From: Bdellovibrio sp.
GTDB taxonomy: Bacteria; Bdellovibrionota; Bacteriovoracia; Bacteriovoracales; Bacteriovoracaceae
DNA: 64,000 nucleotides
Assembly: GCA_020720455.1 (NCBI GenBank)
Contig: DYOQ01000002.1
Span: 23,736-87,735 of the forward strand
Direction of reading: 5' to 3'
The position numbers and the translations under genes were made by a program. Below, in pieces: positions 1 to 10,000 of this stretch; positions within the stretch are counted from its first letter, which is position 1; each line of letters opens with the position of its first letter. The notes beneath the pieces were generated by a model. That model had not been told where the DNA came from and did no database searches. It saw only the letters and a list, made by a program, of their open reading frames with translations.

Positions 1-751
1 CGATTTGAGGATCTCTAACATATTTAATTATAACTTCATCAAAATTATATGCGCCTTCATTTTGAAGAAGCACACCACCCCAATAATTCTTATTCTTAAC
101 AAGTACAGCGCGTTCTCCTTTCGTCATCTCTTTAACTAAGTAAGGGCCACTTCCTTGAGGATTTTTGATATACTCATTCCTAGAAAGCTTCTCTGGATCA
201 GTGTAGTAATATAAATGTTTTGGAAGAATAAGCGTTGAAGTTATAAAACCTAAATGTGAAAAGAGTCTAGTTTTTGCATAAAATGTAACGACACCATTAC
301 TTGCTTCAATTTTAGAAAAATCGCTCACGCTCTCTTTTTTAAAAGCAGCATTAGCTCCTGGCATTGAAAAAACATCGAAGGAAAACTTAACATCTTCAGC
401 TGTTACAGGTTTACCATCTGCCCATTTCGCTCGCTCATCAATCCAGAATGTAAAAACTTTACCATCCTTAGAGATATCCCATTTTTTTGCAATTCTTGGA
501 ATCATCTCACCTGTTACAGCATCACAATCGGTCAATGTTTCAAAAACCCAATTAACTAAAATTTCAATAGAACCAGCTTGTCTAAAATTTATCGGATTAA
601 TGTGATCTGGCTCGTAAAACTCATAAGTGAGTGTCCCACCCTTTTTTGCGTTACTATCCCCACCAGTTATTTTAGATTTTATCGCTGCGAAACTATCGGC
701 CAACAATAGTAACAAAAAACAAGCAATCAAAAGCTTTACCTTCACTCTCAT
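1..751 (-). CDS. ABC transporter substrate-binding protein, family 5 (OppA/DppA/YejA-like); N-terminal part, gene runs off the window
   Basis: Own translation of the minus strand from the ATG at 749-751 gives a signal peptide, MRVKVKLLIACFLLLLLADSFA. It continues KKGGTLTYEF...IPRIAKKWDISKDGKVFTFWIDERAKWADGKPVTAEDVKFSF, typical of family-5 solute-binding proteins. It starts 16 nt after the upstream ATPase stop. It is absent from the ORF track because it has no stop inside the window. Confidence 0.8.
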   Translation of the reverse strand, partial: MRVKVKLLIACFLLLLLADSFAAIKSKITGGDSNAKKGGTLTYEFYEPDHINPINFRQAGSIEILVNWVFETLTDCDAVTGEMIPRIAKKWDISKDGKVFTFWIDERAKWADGKPVTAEDVKFSFDVFSMPGANAAFKKESVSDFSKIEASNGVVTFYAKTRLFSHLGFITSTLILPKHLYYYTDPEKLSRNEYIKNPQGSGPYLVKEMTKGERAVLVKNKNYWGGVLLQNEGAYNFDEVIIKYVRDPQI

Positions 752-767
752 AAACTCCCCCGATACA

Positions 768-1763
768 CTACTTAATTTTATGACAATCAATATTTTTACA
801 CGAAACAAAATGGCCAGACTCAACCTCAACCAAACTTTTTCCCCAGCTCTTACAGTTAGCATCGGCAACTGGACACCGTGGATGGAAATAACATCCTGTC
901 GGTGGATTAATTGGACTTGGCACATCACCTTGCAAAACTACTCTAGCATCTCTTCTTTTTGAATTTTTTGTCCGTATTGTTGGAACGGCCGAAAGAAGTG
1001 CTTTCGTATATGGATGAACAGGATTTGTAAACAGCTGCTCCTTGCTTGCCACCTCGACAAAATTCCCAAGATACATTACCGCAATTTTATCGCTAATATG
1101 CCTTACTACATGGAGATCATGAGAAATAAAAACATAAGAGAACTTATATTTTTTTTGTAAATCTATTAACAAATTTAAAATTTGCGACTGAATAGAGACA
1201 TCAAGCGCAGAGACAGGCTCATCGCAAACAATCAGTTTTGGCATACTAGCTAATGCACGGCCAATACTAATTCTTTGTCGCTGGCCTCCACTAAACTCAT
1301 GAGGAAATCTAGTGCTATACTCTGGGCGTATACCAACATCTGACATAAGTGTTTCGACTCTTTTTTCAATTTCACTTTTGCTCAGTTCTGGAAAAAAATT
1401 TTTCATCGGATCAGCAAGAAGTTGAAACACCGTCATCTTCGGATTAAGCGATGAGTAAGGGTCTTGAAAAATAATTTGAAAATCTTTTCTTTTTTTTCTT
1501 AACTCTTTCGATGAGAGTTTCGTTAAATCAATACCATCGAAAATTATCTGCCCACTAGTTACTTGCTCTAAATGCATGATAGCTCGACCAAGCGTCGACT
1601 TCCCACACCCACTCTCACCAACAATTCCAAGAGTCTCACCATGTTTTAAATCAAAAGTTACTCCAGAGACCGCTTTAACTTGGTTGATCACTCGATTAAA
1701 CACTCCACCCTTAACTGGGTAATGCTTAACAACATCTTTTATACTCAATAAATTTTCATTCAC
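768..1763 (-). CDS. Oligopeptide/dipeptide ABC transporter ATP-binding protein (OppF/DppF-like)
   Basis: 331 aa. Walker A GESGCGKST, ABC signature FSGGQRQR, Walker B LIVCDEPVSALD. Has the oligopeptide-type C-terminal extension (HPYTKALL, Cys-rich tail). Confidence 0.9.
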   Translation of the reverse strand: MNENLLSIKDVVKHYPVKGGVFNRVINQVKAVSGVTFDLKHGETLGIVGESGCGKSTLGRAIMHLEQVTSGQIIFDGIDLTKLSSKELRKKRKDFQIIFQDPYSSLNPKMTVFQLLADPMKNFFPELSKSEIEKRVETLMSDVGIRPEYSTRFPHEFSGGQRQRISIGRALASMPKLIVCDEPVSALDVSIQSQILNLLIDLQKKYKFSYVFISHDLHVVRHISDKIAVMYLGNFVEVASKEQLFTNPVHPYTKALLSAVPTIRTKNSKRRDARVVLQGDVPSPINPPTGCYFHPRCPVADANCKSWGKSLVEVESGHFVSCKNIDCHKIK

Positions 1764-1766
1764 AAA

Positions 1767-2741
1767 CTATTCCACGTTAATACACGATACAAAATGTTCC
1801 GCACCACAGTTTATAAAATATGGGACTTTATCCAAACAACTATCAATCTTCCTTGAACAACGATTATAAAAAGCACAGCCAGGAGGAAGCGATCGTAAAT
1901 CAGGAACCGTTCCTTCTATCGTATTTAGCCTCTCACCTTTTGGGCGACTCTGTTCATCAACATGAGGAATACATTTTAATAACCCTTTGGTATACGGATG
2001 TTTAGGGTTTGAAAAAATCTCTTCAACAGGTCCACTTTCAACCACTCTGCCTGCATACATAACGGCCACCTTGTCGGCCGTCTCAGAAATAATCGCAAGA
2101 TCGTGAGTGATTAAAATAACAGAGAGTTTTCTTTTTTCTCTCAGGTCGTTAATTATATCTAAAATTTGGGCCTGAATTGTAACATCAAGGGCCGTCGTTG
2201 GCTCGTCTGCAATTAATAGTTTTGGATCACAGACTAGGCTAATCGCAATCATCGCTCGTTGTCTCATCCCACCACTTAATTCATGTGGATAACAATCAAA
2301 CCTACTCTCTGGAGAAGGTATCCCAACCTGTTTAAGCGCATCAACTGCTCGCTGCTTTGCTTCTAATTTATTTAAGTGAGGAAAATGAATTTTTAACGCT
2401 TCAACAATCTGATCACCAATAGTAAAGACTGGATTTAAAGATGTCATCGGCTCTTGAAAAATCATTCCAATAGATCTTCCTCTTATTTTATTTAGTTCTT
2501 CTTCGCTCTTTGTCAAAAGATTTTCACCCTCAAAAAGAATCTCCCCTTTTGAGATTTTCCCAGGTGGCATTGGCACAAGGCCAAGGATGGCATGGGTTGC
2601 AACGCTCTTACCAGAACCACTCTCGCCAACAATTCCTAAGATTTCACCCTCGGCCACATCGAGCGTGACTCCATTTACGGCCTTAACTACGCCGTCAAAA
2701 GTATGAAACTCAACCCATAAATCTTTTATCTGTAAACGCAC
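1767..2741 (-). CDS. Oligopeptide/dipeptide ABC transporter ATP-binding protein (OppD/DppD-like)
   Basis: 324 aa. Walker A GESGSGKSV, signature LSGGMRQR, Walker B LLIADEPTTALD, then HPYTKGLL. GTG start preceded by GGAGAG. Confidence 0.9.
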   Translation of the reverse strand: MRLQIKDLWVEFHTFDGVVKAVNGVTLDVAEGEILGIVGESGSGKSVATHAILGLVPMPPGKISKGEILFEGENLLTKSEEELNKIRGRSIGMIFQEPMTSLNPVFTIGDQIVEALKIHFPHLNKLEAKQRAVDALKQVGIPSPESRFDCYPHELSGGMRQRAMIAISLVCDPKLLIADEPTTALDVTIQAQILDIINDLREKRKLSVILITHDLAIISETADKVAVMYAGRVVESGPVEEIFSNPKHPYTKGLLKCIPHVDEQSRPKGERLNTIEGTVPDLRSLPPGCAFYNRCSRKIDSCLDKVPYFINCGAEHFVSCINVE

Positions 2742-2867
2742 GCTCTCTCCAAAGAATTCTAACGATCAATTTAGATATAATAAAATGTCAAAAATGTATA
2801 TACTTACCGTCATCCTTGTAATAATAGTTTTGTCTAAAATGCAGCAACAAAAAAACGGTGCAACAAA

Positions 2868-3884
2868 ATGCTTGTATACATTGCTAGAAGGTTACTACTT
2901 TTAATTCCTACTCTTTTTGGAATAAGTTTAGTTGTTTTTTTCATCATCCAATCCGCGCCAGGTGGCCCTATAGAACAGGCGATACAGGAGGTTATGGACG
3001 GAGGTGGCGATCTCTCTTCAAATACTAATAGTGGCACAATCAGTGAAGAGGTAATTCAAGATCTCAAAAAACAGTACGGGTTTGACCAACCTATTCATAT
3101 CCGCTATTTCAAATGGCTTGGGAACGTTTTAACACTAGATTTTGGCAGAAGCATGATCTATGACGAACCAGTTTTTAACGTCATAAAAAGCAAATTTCCC
3201 GTCTCCTTACAGTTTGGACTTACATCGCTATTATTAACATATTTATTATTCATTCCTCTTGGTATCGCTAAAGCAGTTAAAGATAAAACTCGTTTTGACT
3301 ACATCACAAGTTTTATTATTTTCCTTGGGCACTCAACACCAGGGTTTGTGCTTGGAATACTCTTGATTGTATTTTTTGGCGGTGGCTCTTACTTTAGTTT
3401 TTTTCCAATCGGTGGCCTCTACTCAAGTGAGTACATGGACCTCTCTTTCTTTGGCCAAATAATAGATCGCCTTCATCATGCAGTACTGCCAGTTCTTTGC
3501 TACATGGTCTCACATATTGCAGTTATAACGATGCTTATGAAGAACTCTTTAATTGGTGAGTTAAGCAAAGACTATATCAAAACCGCAAAAGCAAAAGGGG
3601 TTCCAAGCAGAACAATCGTTTATAAACACGCCCTTCGAAATGCGCTCATTCCAATAGCTACAGGGATTGGAAACATTTTCAAACTAGTGTTTGCTGGAAG
3701 TTTACTTATAGAAACTGTTTTTAATCTCGATGGTATCGGACTACTAACCTACACCTCAGTTATAAAACGAGACTATACTGTCATTATGGCATCGGTTTGT
3801 CTTCACTCTGTCTTAATCATGCTTGGAAACATCGTCTCAGACGTGATGCTAGTTGTGGTTGATCCAAGAATAGACTTTGAATAG
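2868..3884 (+). CDS. yejB: Peptide ABC transporter permease, YejB-like
   Basis: 338 aa polytopic protein. The N-terminus MLVYIARRLLLLIPTLFGISLVVFFIIQSAPGGP and the motif QYGFDQPIHIRYFKW closely parallel E. coli YejB as I recall it. Divergently transcribed from the ATPase/SBP genes. Confidence 0.85.
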   Translation: MLVYIARRLLLLIPTLFGISLVVFFIIQSAPGGPIEQAIQEVMDGGGDLSSNTNSGTISEEVIQDLKKQYGFDQPIHIRYFKWLGNVLTLDFGRSMIYDEPVFNVIKSKFPVSLQFGLTSLLLTYLLFIPLGIAKAVKDKTRFDYITSFIIFLGHSTPGFVLGILLIVFFGGGSYFSFFPIGGLYSSEYMDLSFFGQIIDRLHHAVLPVLCYMVSHIAVITMLMKNSLIGELSKDYIKTAKAKGVPSRTIVYKHALRNALIPIATGIGNIFKLVFAGSLLIETVFNLDGIGLLTYTSVIKRDYTVIMASVCLHSVLIMLGNIVSDVMLVVVDPRIDFE

Positions 3885-4902
3885 TAAAGAGGATAACGTG
3901 CTAAAGAAAATTACAAACAATAGAAAATGGCAAAAATTTAGAGATAGGAAAACTGCATACATCTCAATGTTTTTCCTTGTTGCAATGATTATTATTAGCT
4001 TTGCGGCAGAGCTTGTTGCCAACAATAGGCCATATTTTATTATTTATAAAAACTCCATCCACTTCCCAATTTTTAAAGATCATCCAACATCAACATTTGA
4101 TTATTTTAGCATTCGTCCTGACTATCGAAAGATTTGCGAGAGAGAGACAACGACCTGTCTATTTCCTCCTGTTAAATTTGATCCAATTGAAATCGATCGA
4201 ACCATTTTTAAATATCCAGCACCACCAACACTTGAACATCCAATGGGGCTAGACTCATTAGGAAGAGATATTTTTGCTAGGATGGTCTACGGTTTTAGAA
4301 TCTCTTTTAGCTACGCTCTTGGTGTATGGCTTATCTCCTTTACGGTTGGAACAGTCCTTGGCTCATGCATGGGTTACTTCGGAGGCCTTGTTGATTTAAC
4401 CATATATCGTTTAATGGAGATTTTTTTCGCTATCCCATATTTAATTGTTCTAATTACTCTCGTCTCAATATTTACTCCAAACATAACACTACTCGTTGTC
4501 ATATCATCGCTCTTTTCCTGGGGCTACATAACGAGATATATGAGGTCAGAATTTTTAAAAATAAGGAAACTCGATTATATCAGTTCGGCCATAGCTTCAG
4601 GCAACAGCACCACTCAAATAATTTTTAAACACATACTTCCAAATGCGCTTATCCCGCTAATTACCTTTTCTCCATTTTTCATTGCCGCAAACATACTTGG
4701 ACTAAGCTCTCTCGATTTTTTAGGTCTTGGAGTTATGCCTCCAACTCCAAGTTGGGGTGAGTTATTACGGCAAGGCAAAGAGTATTTTTTAGGAGCGTGG
4801 TATCTCGCAGTTTTTCCGGCCATTGGGCTCTTTATCACGCTGGCACTTATAAATTTTGTCGGTGAGGGTATTAGAGATGCAGTCGATCCACGTAGGTATT
4901 AA
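3877..4902 (+). CDS. yejE: Peptide ABC transporter permease, YejE-like
   Basis: 341 aa. Long N-terminal segment (NRKWQKFRDRKTAYISMFFLV...ELVANNRPYFIIY), then a BPD-type permease core (DYISSAIASG...HILPNALIPLITF...LDFLGLGV). Matches my recollection of YejE. Overlaps yejB by 8 nt. Confidence 0.85.
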   Translation: MNSKEDNVLKKITNNRKWQKFRDRKTAYISMFFLVAMIIISFAAELVANNRPYFIIYKNSIHFPIFKDHPTSTFDYFSIRPDYRKICERETTTCLFPPVKFDPIEIDRTIFKYPAPPTLEHPMGLDSLGRDIFARMVYGFRISFSYALGVWLISFTVGTVLGSCMGYFGGLVDLTIYRLMEIFFAIPYLIVLITLVSIFTPNITLLVVISSLFSWGYITRYMRSEFLKIRKLDYISSAIASGNSTTQIIFKHILPNALIPLITFSPFFIAANILGLSSLDFLGLGVMPPTPSWGELLRQGKEYFLGAWYLAVFPAIGLFITLALINFVGEGIRDAVDPRRY

Positions 4903-7000
4903 GTTTCTTTTAGTATTACTTCTCTCTCTTCAATTAAACTCAGCTGACAATATCCCAAGCGGATTAACTCAATTAACGTCGCTTGCCAAAGAGAGTTCAT
5001 TCACACTGAGAGAAAATTCTGACAAGCATATCGTGTTGGTTGACTGGAATCCAATAAATAGCAATAGTGGCGATTTAACCATTAGAGTTCTTGCTCTTGA
5101 TGGCCTAGATATATTAGTATCAAATAAAAAAATAGATTCCATTACTTTAAGTAAAATACTTGGCCAAAAAGATTTTAGCTTCCAAATTGAACATGGCCTA
5201 ACGATCAAAACGCTCTCTCCGTTTGATTATATAACCGATACAAAAACAGGACAAATTACACCAACGCTTGAAATCTCAATCATTGGCAATAAAACAAAAA
5301 AAATAACTCTTGCTCCTAAAATTTCACTTAAACATCAGATCGATATTGCAACACTCAACTTACTTCAGCTTTGGGACGTAAATCCATCAAACTCAACGGA
5401 AGAGCAACTCTATAACTACGACCTTTTTCGACCTGGGTTTTCTAACTGGTATGATCCAAAAATCTACCTTGCGAAAATTGCCAATTTAATTCAAGAGCTT
5501 CGAGTAATGGGGCTTCCTGACATTGTCGCGCTTCAAGAGCTAGAATCAGCAAGCAATAATGCCGAACATTTTTTGCCAAACTCAGTTCTGTCACTTGAGC
5601 TAAAAAAACTTGGGTACAACTATTCTTACCTTGGAATTCAAGAGGAGAGTAACCCTGTTGCACTAACAACTGGGTTTATCAGTAAATATAAAATGGAAAA
5701 TGGGAGCGTTCCATTTAATACAAAGACAGACGAGTTCTCGCTATTTTCTGAAAAAGATAAACACATTGCAGGTTACACAACAAGAGATATTCAAGTTGGC
5801 ACCATCACTCTTGGAAAAAGCATTATTAAAATTTACAACAACCACTGGCGAAGCCAAGGGTGCTCTTCTCCATCTAACTGCGAATTCTCACTACAAGTAA
5901 GAGTTGCAAATGCTAAACTGCTCAAAAAGAAAATTGAAGATGATAAAAAGAAAAACCCAAACACTGATATTATTCTAGCTGGTGACTTTAACTGTAATTA
6001 TCTCGATACCCCGTTTAAAATTTTTGGAAATATCAGCAACGAAAAACAGATGCAACAAATCGGTGAAAATTCCCTTTATAATTTATGGCACGAACTTATT
6101 CCTGAAAAAAGATGGGAAGCATCACATGGTGGAAAAAACGATACTCTCTCTCACCTTTTTATAAATAACAACTTATACGATAATATCGGATTTCAATATT
6201 TAGATAACTCATTTAGAGTAATAGGACATCACGGAGCTGAAAAAAAACTTCTTCTAAATGTCGATGGAACTCCTTTTCGCTGGCAAGAGATCAGGGTTAA
6301 ACCAGAAGAAGTATCAAAACGTGATCAAGAACTAATTCAACAAGTAATGGCAACTCAAGACTGTAACGGAAAAAAAGCAAACAAACCAAAGTGTCGGCCA
6401 ATCTACACAGATTTCACTGGCGACGGCTTTGGCGATCACCTTCCACTCATTACCTCGTTCTATTTTGTTGGTGAGAGACCACTTAAACCAACAACATTTT
6501 CACCAACCAGTTTTGAACCAGCTACAAAAGAGATTAATACAACACCAGATATATGTTCTACCTTTGAACCATTAACCGATAAGATTAATTTAAAAACTGC
6601 GAAAGGTGGATGTTACGCTCTTAACTTTAACGACAAACCTATTGAACTAAATTACCAAGGAATTTATCAAACACCATTTCTAAAAATTGGAAACTCCTCT
6701 CTTGGAATCTCTATGGCCAGAAGTTTCGATCCAAGAAAAATCGTTGCTGGACAACCGATTAATACCAAGAGCGAAGAGATGGATGAAGAGAGCGATATGT
6801 GTTTTGCCAGAAAAATTCTCCAAGGAAGAGGAGGAAAACTTAAATCTATTCGAGGTATTCTTGGTTTTCAAAATGGACTACCAACACTATTTGCCTTAAA
6901 TCGAAGTGACATTGAACTTACCGATCTTCCTGAACATAAAAAGAGTAGTTGTGTAGCAGGAAGTTATCAGTCACCGAACAGTTCTAGAAAAAGAGATTAA
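4877..7000 (+). CDS. Secreted endonuclease/exonuclease/phosphatase (EEP) family protein with extra N- and C-terminal regions
   Basis: Signal peptide MQSIHVGIKFLLVLLLSLQLNSA from ATG 4877, with GAGGG upstream; the track start 4856 is a TTG inside yejE. EEP motifs DIVALQELE, ILAGDFNC and GDHLPLITSF occur in the expected order. The flanking ~190 aa and ~170 aa have no motif I recognise. Confidence 0.75.
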   Translation: MQSIHVGIKFLLVLLLSLQLNSADNIPSGLTQLTSLAKESSFTLRENSDKHIVLVDWNPINSNSGDLTIRVLALDGLDILVSNKKIDSITLSKILGQKDFSFQIEHGLTIKTLSPFDYITDTKTGQITPTLEISIIGNKTKKITLAPKISLKHQIDIATLNLLQLWDVNPSNSTEEQLYNYDLFRPGFSNWYDPKIYLAKIANLIQELRVMGLPDIVALQELESASNNAEHFLPNSVLSLELKKLGYNYSYLGIQEESNPVALTTGFISKYKMENGSVPFNTKTDEFSLFSEKDKHIAGYTTRDIQVGTITLGKSIIKIYNNHWRSQGCSSPSNCEFSLQVRVANAKLLKKKIEDDKKKNPNTDIILAGDFNCNYLDTPFKIFGNISNEKQMQQIGENSLYNLWHELIPEKRWEASHGGKNDTLSHLFINNNLYDNIGFQYLDNSFRVIGHHGAEKKLLLNVDGTPFRWQEIRVKPEEVSKRDQELIQQVMATQDCNGKKANKPKCRPIYTDFTGDGFGDHLPLITSFYFVGERPLKPTTFSPTSFEPATKEINTTPDICSTFEPLTDKINLKTAKGGCYALNFNDKPIELNYQGIYQTPFLKIGNSSLGISMARSFDPRKIVAGQPINTKSEEMDEESDMCFARKILQGRGGKLKSIRGILGFQNGLPTLFALNRSDIELTDLPEHKKSSCVAGSYQSPNSSRKRD

Positions 7001-7003
7001 TAA

Positions 7004-10000
7004 TCAATAATCATATGTGTGATACTTATCACTATAATTATCTGGATCTATTATAGAACTAGATATTGGAGTCACACACCTAAAACCGTGGATAACACTT
7101 ACATCCCCAGATGAACTACCACCAGTTAAATAACCTGGGGCATAGATCGTCTGAGCAGTAGCGCCAGTACCTGTTACAGTGGCCGTCACATATGCATTGC
7201 ACGGTAGAACATTAATAGCAGCTGCTAGCGCTGCTGCTGTTGTTCCTAAAACAAAAGTAACGGTCAACCTAATTGGATTAGTACCAGAAGCTGTACAACC
7301 GACACCACCAGATGCATATTCAACCCTAATATTATTACCAGCAGTTCCAGCATAAGCTGCTGTCGCTGTATACGTTAAATCCTGAATTGTTGCTGCGGCC
7401 CTAGTTCCAAATCCAATCGTAGTATCATGTGTTGTTTGGGCCATTGTAGGAGCATAAACTGTTGCGGTCATCGCGGTGGCCGCAATACCACCAATTGCAG
7501 TATTAATATCATTAGCAGTTGTAGTGGCACTATCAACTACGACATATAACGCTTTTTGAGTAGTGTTAATACAAACATTATTTGCTACTGCTAAAGATAA
7601 ATTAGCAGGGCCATCACATATTCCATTAACTGATCCAGTTCCAGCAGGGAGATATGTAACCGACCAGTTATCTCCACTACTACCTGGATAATCACTACCA
7701 GCTGTATAAGTAACTCCACTCCTCGTTAAACGAGCAGATGTCGATGTTGCAAAATCTACAGAGAATGGGTTCATTGAATTTGTTGTATACCCAGCAGGAT
7801 ATGTTGTAGTAAAAAGTTTTGTAGCACCAAGGGCCGAATCAATTGCATTTTTCACATCTAAATAAGTACTATACTTGCCCGCATCTCTACAAAGGCCAAC
7901 TGTGACTTGATGGTTAGGACAATCAATCGCCGCTACTGCATCTGATGGATTACATGCTACTGCAAGTGCAACGGTATTAACATTCCAAGCATCCGCTTCT
8001 GCACCTGTAATCATCATGGTACAAACACTATCGGTTGAATTGGTAGACGTAAAAGTCATCCCACCTATCGTTGCGCTAGCACTCACTCCTCCAACTAACC
8101 TTGATCCTGAAATATGTTGAGCAACATTACTTCCAACTAAGGATGCTGTTAATTCCGCACTAACAAGTGCTGTGTTATTAATCGAATCAACTATCTCTTG
8201 CGCAAGTGTTACACCATCAACAATTGTGACAACAATTAAATACGCAGTACCAGAAATGGTTACTCGTGATGAATTTAAAGTTGATCCTGGAATAAATACA
8301 ACAGACACACTATTTTCAGTATCAACACTAAATCCGATATCTCCTATCGTAGTTGCCACTGCGCTCATTCCACCAGTCAAAGATACTGAGGTAGTTAAAC
8401 TCTGGGCCATCGTCGATGCACCTCCAACAACACTTGCAACAACTAATGCAGATGCCGACGCATCACCATTTACTAAAGTAACAATCGTTCCTGCCGTTGT
8501 TACACCATTATCAATATTTATAGTTATCTCTTGAGATGAGACCGTTACCGAAGGAATACAGCCAGCTGTTCCACAGCTACTATACCCAACCTTTATACTG
8601 TTCCCACTATTTCCTGTCTCAACCGCAGTATAAAGCACATCTCGAATAGTTAATGTCGCAGCAGACTCTGTGTCCGTCCCAGACCGAGGAATCGCTGCCA
8701 TAAAATAACGGCCGGCCCTATCACCAGATTTATAACTTCCACCAACAGAGAGATCTCCATCATATGGGCCAGCAAGCAAGGTTGAACTTCCAATATCAAT
8801 ATAGTCGTTATGTAGTGCTGAAGTTGAAATCCCAGAGCTATTGCCAATTTGAAGCATACTCTTTCCACTCTCACTCGTTGGATTACTACTTATATAATCA
8901 CCAACAGCAGGAAGGCCCATCGGCAAAATAAAATAGGTAGCATTATTTTTCTTTTCGTAAAGAGTCCAGCCATTAATTGGAGAATCACAAGTTCCATCTA
9001 AATCAATATCAACACATGGGCCAGTTATACCGTTAAACGCATAAGTAAAAGGAACGGGATCAGCTGCATCAGCATAATCACCAGCTGGGTTTGAAGCAAT
9101 GGTACAAGTATCTCCAACTGCACAAGTGACAACATCACTGGCCCACTCTCCAACGTTTCCAATAAAGTCTTGAACTCCATATTTTGAAACACAAAGCTTT
9201 GTCTCGTCAGATCCTGTAATAACGGAACGAATTTCCGATGCTTCCGTTCCTGGAAGTGTGACGAAATACTCAGAGAGCGGAAGCTGAGTATCGGTATACC
9301 AATCTATAAGCCCACTAGCTTCTGTCGTATTACATTTTGACGTACTAGCAAGAGCTAACCCTGCCTCCATATTCGATATTTCTGCATCAGAGTAACCTGA
9401 ATCCCATGATGAGTATGCGATCTGTTCTCTTCTCGTTGGAATTCTCGGAGTTATCAACGGACTATTTTTATCAACATTAGATGAATCTGCATATTCAAAA
9501 GATAGTTCATCTTTATAAGTACAAATACTATTTGCACTCCCTCTTGAAACATAAGTAAGAGGTGCGAGATGAGCGTTATCTGTGTTATTAGCAACACCAC
9601 TCTCCCAAAGTGCTTGCGTAACTGCAGATGCTTCAACCCAATTATTTGCAGCTAACGATGAGTCATAGACATAACATTTACCTGAAGATCTATCATAATA
9701 AACATATCCATCTGCTTTATCATCAGCATCAAACGGTTCTGTACTATTAGGGTTTCCAATTCCAATACAACCATTGTATCCACATGCTCCATATGAATCA
9801 TGAGCGCTTGTATATGGGCAGCCAGCTTCAAACGCATCAACAATCATATCTTGTCCAATATCGTAATATCCATTATCTCTACCACTACCTGGGCCATAAT
9901 ACTCACATCTAAAATTTGACGTCCCGTCACTCTCTTTATGCAGAAGCCCGCAGATCTCTTTGTTTACAATCCACCTGTGAACAAAAACTCTATTTTTAGG

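Noticed and set aside
627-962. 111-aa + strand ORF across the oppF/SBP junction
   Set aside because: It overlaps two well-supported minus-strand genes and has no supporting motif.
8172-8534. 120-aa + strand ORF (and others at 8650-8874, 9454-9843, 10792-11019, 12532-12741) inside the giant lipoprotein gene
   Set aside because: All lie within, or antisense to, an uninterrupted 5.8-kb ORF with coherent domain structure. Their composition simply mirrors the Thr/Ala/Val-rich repeats.
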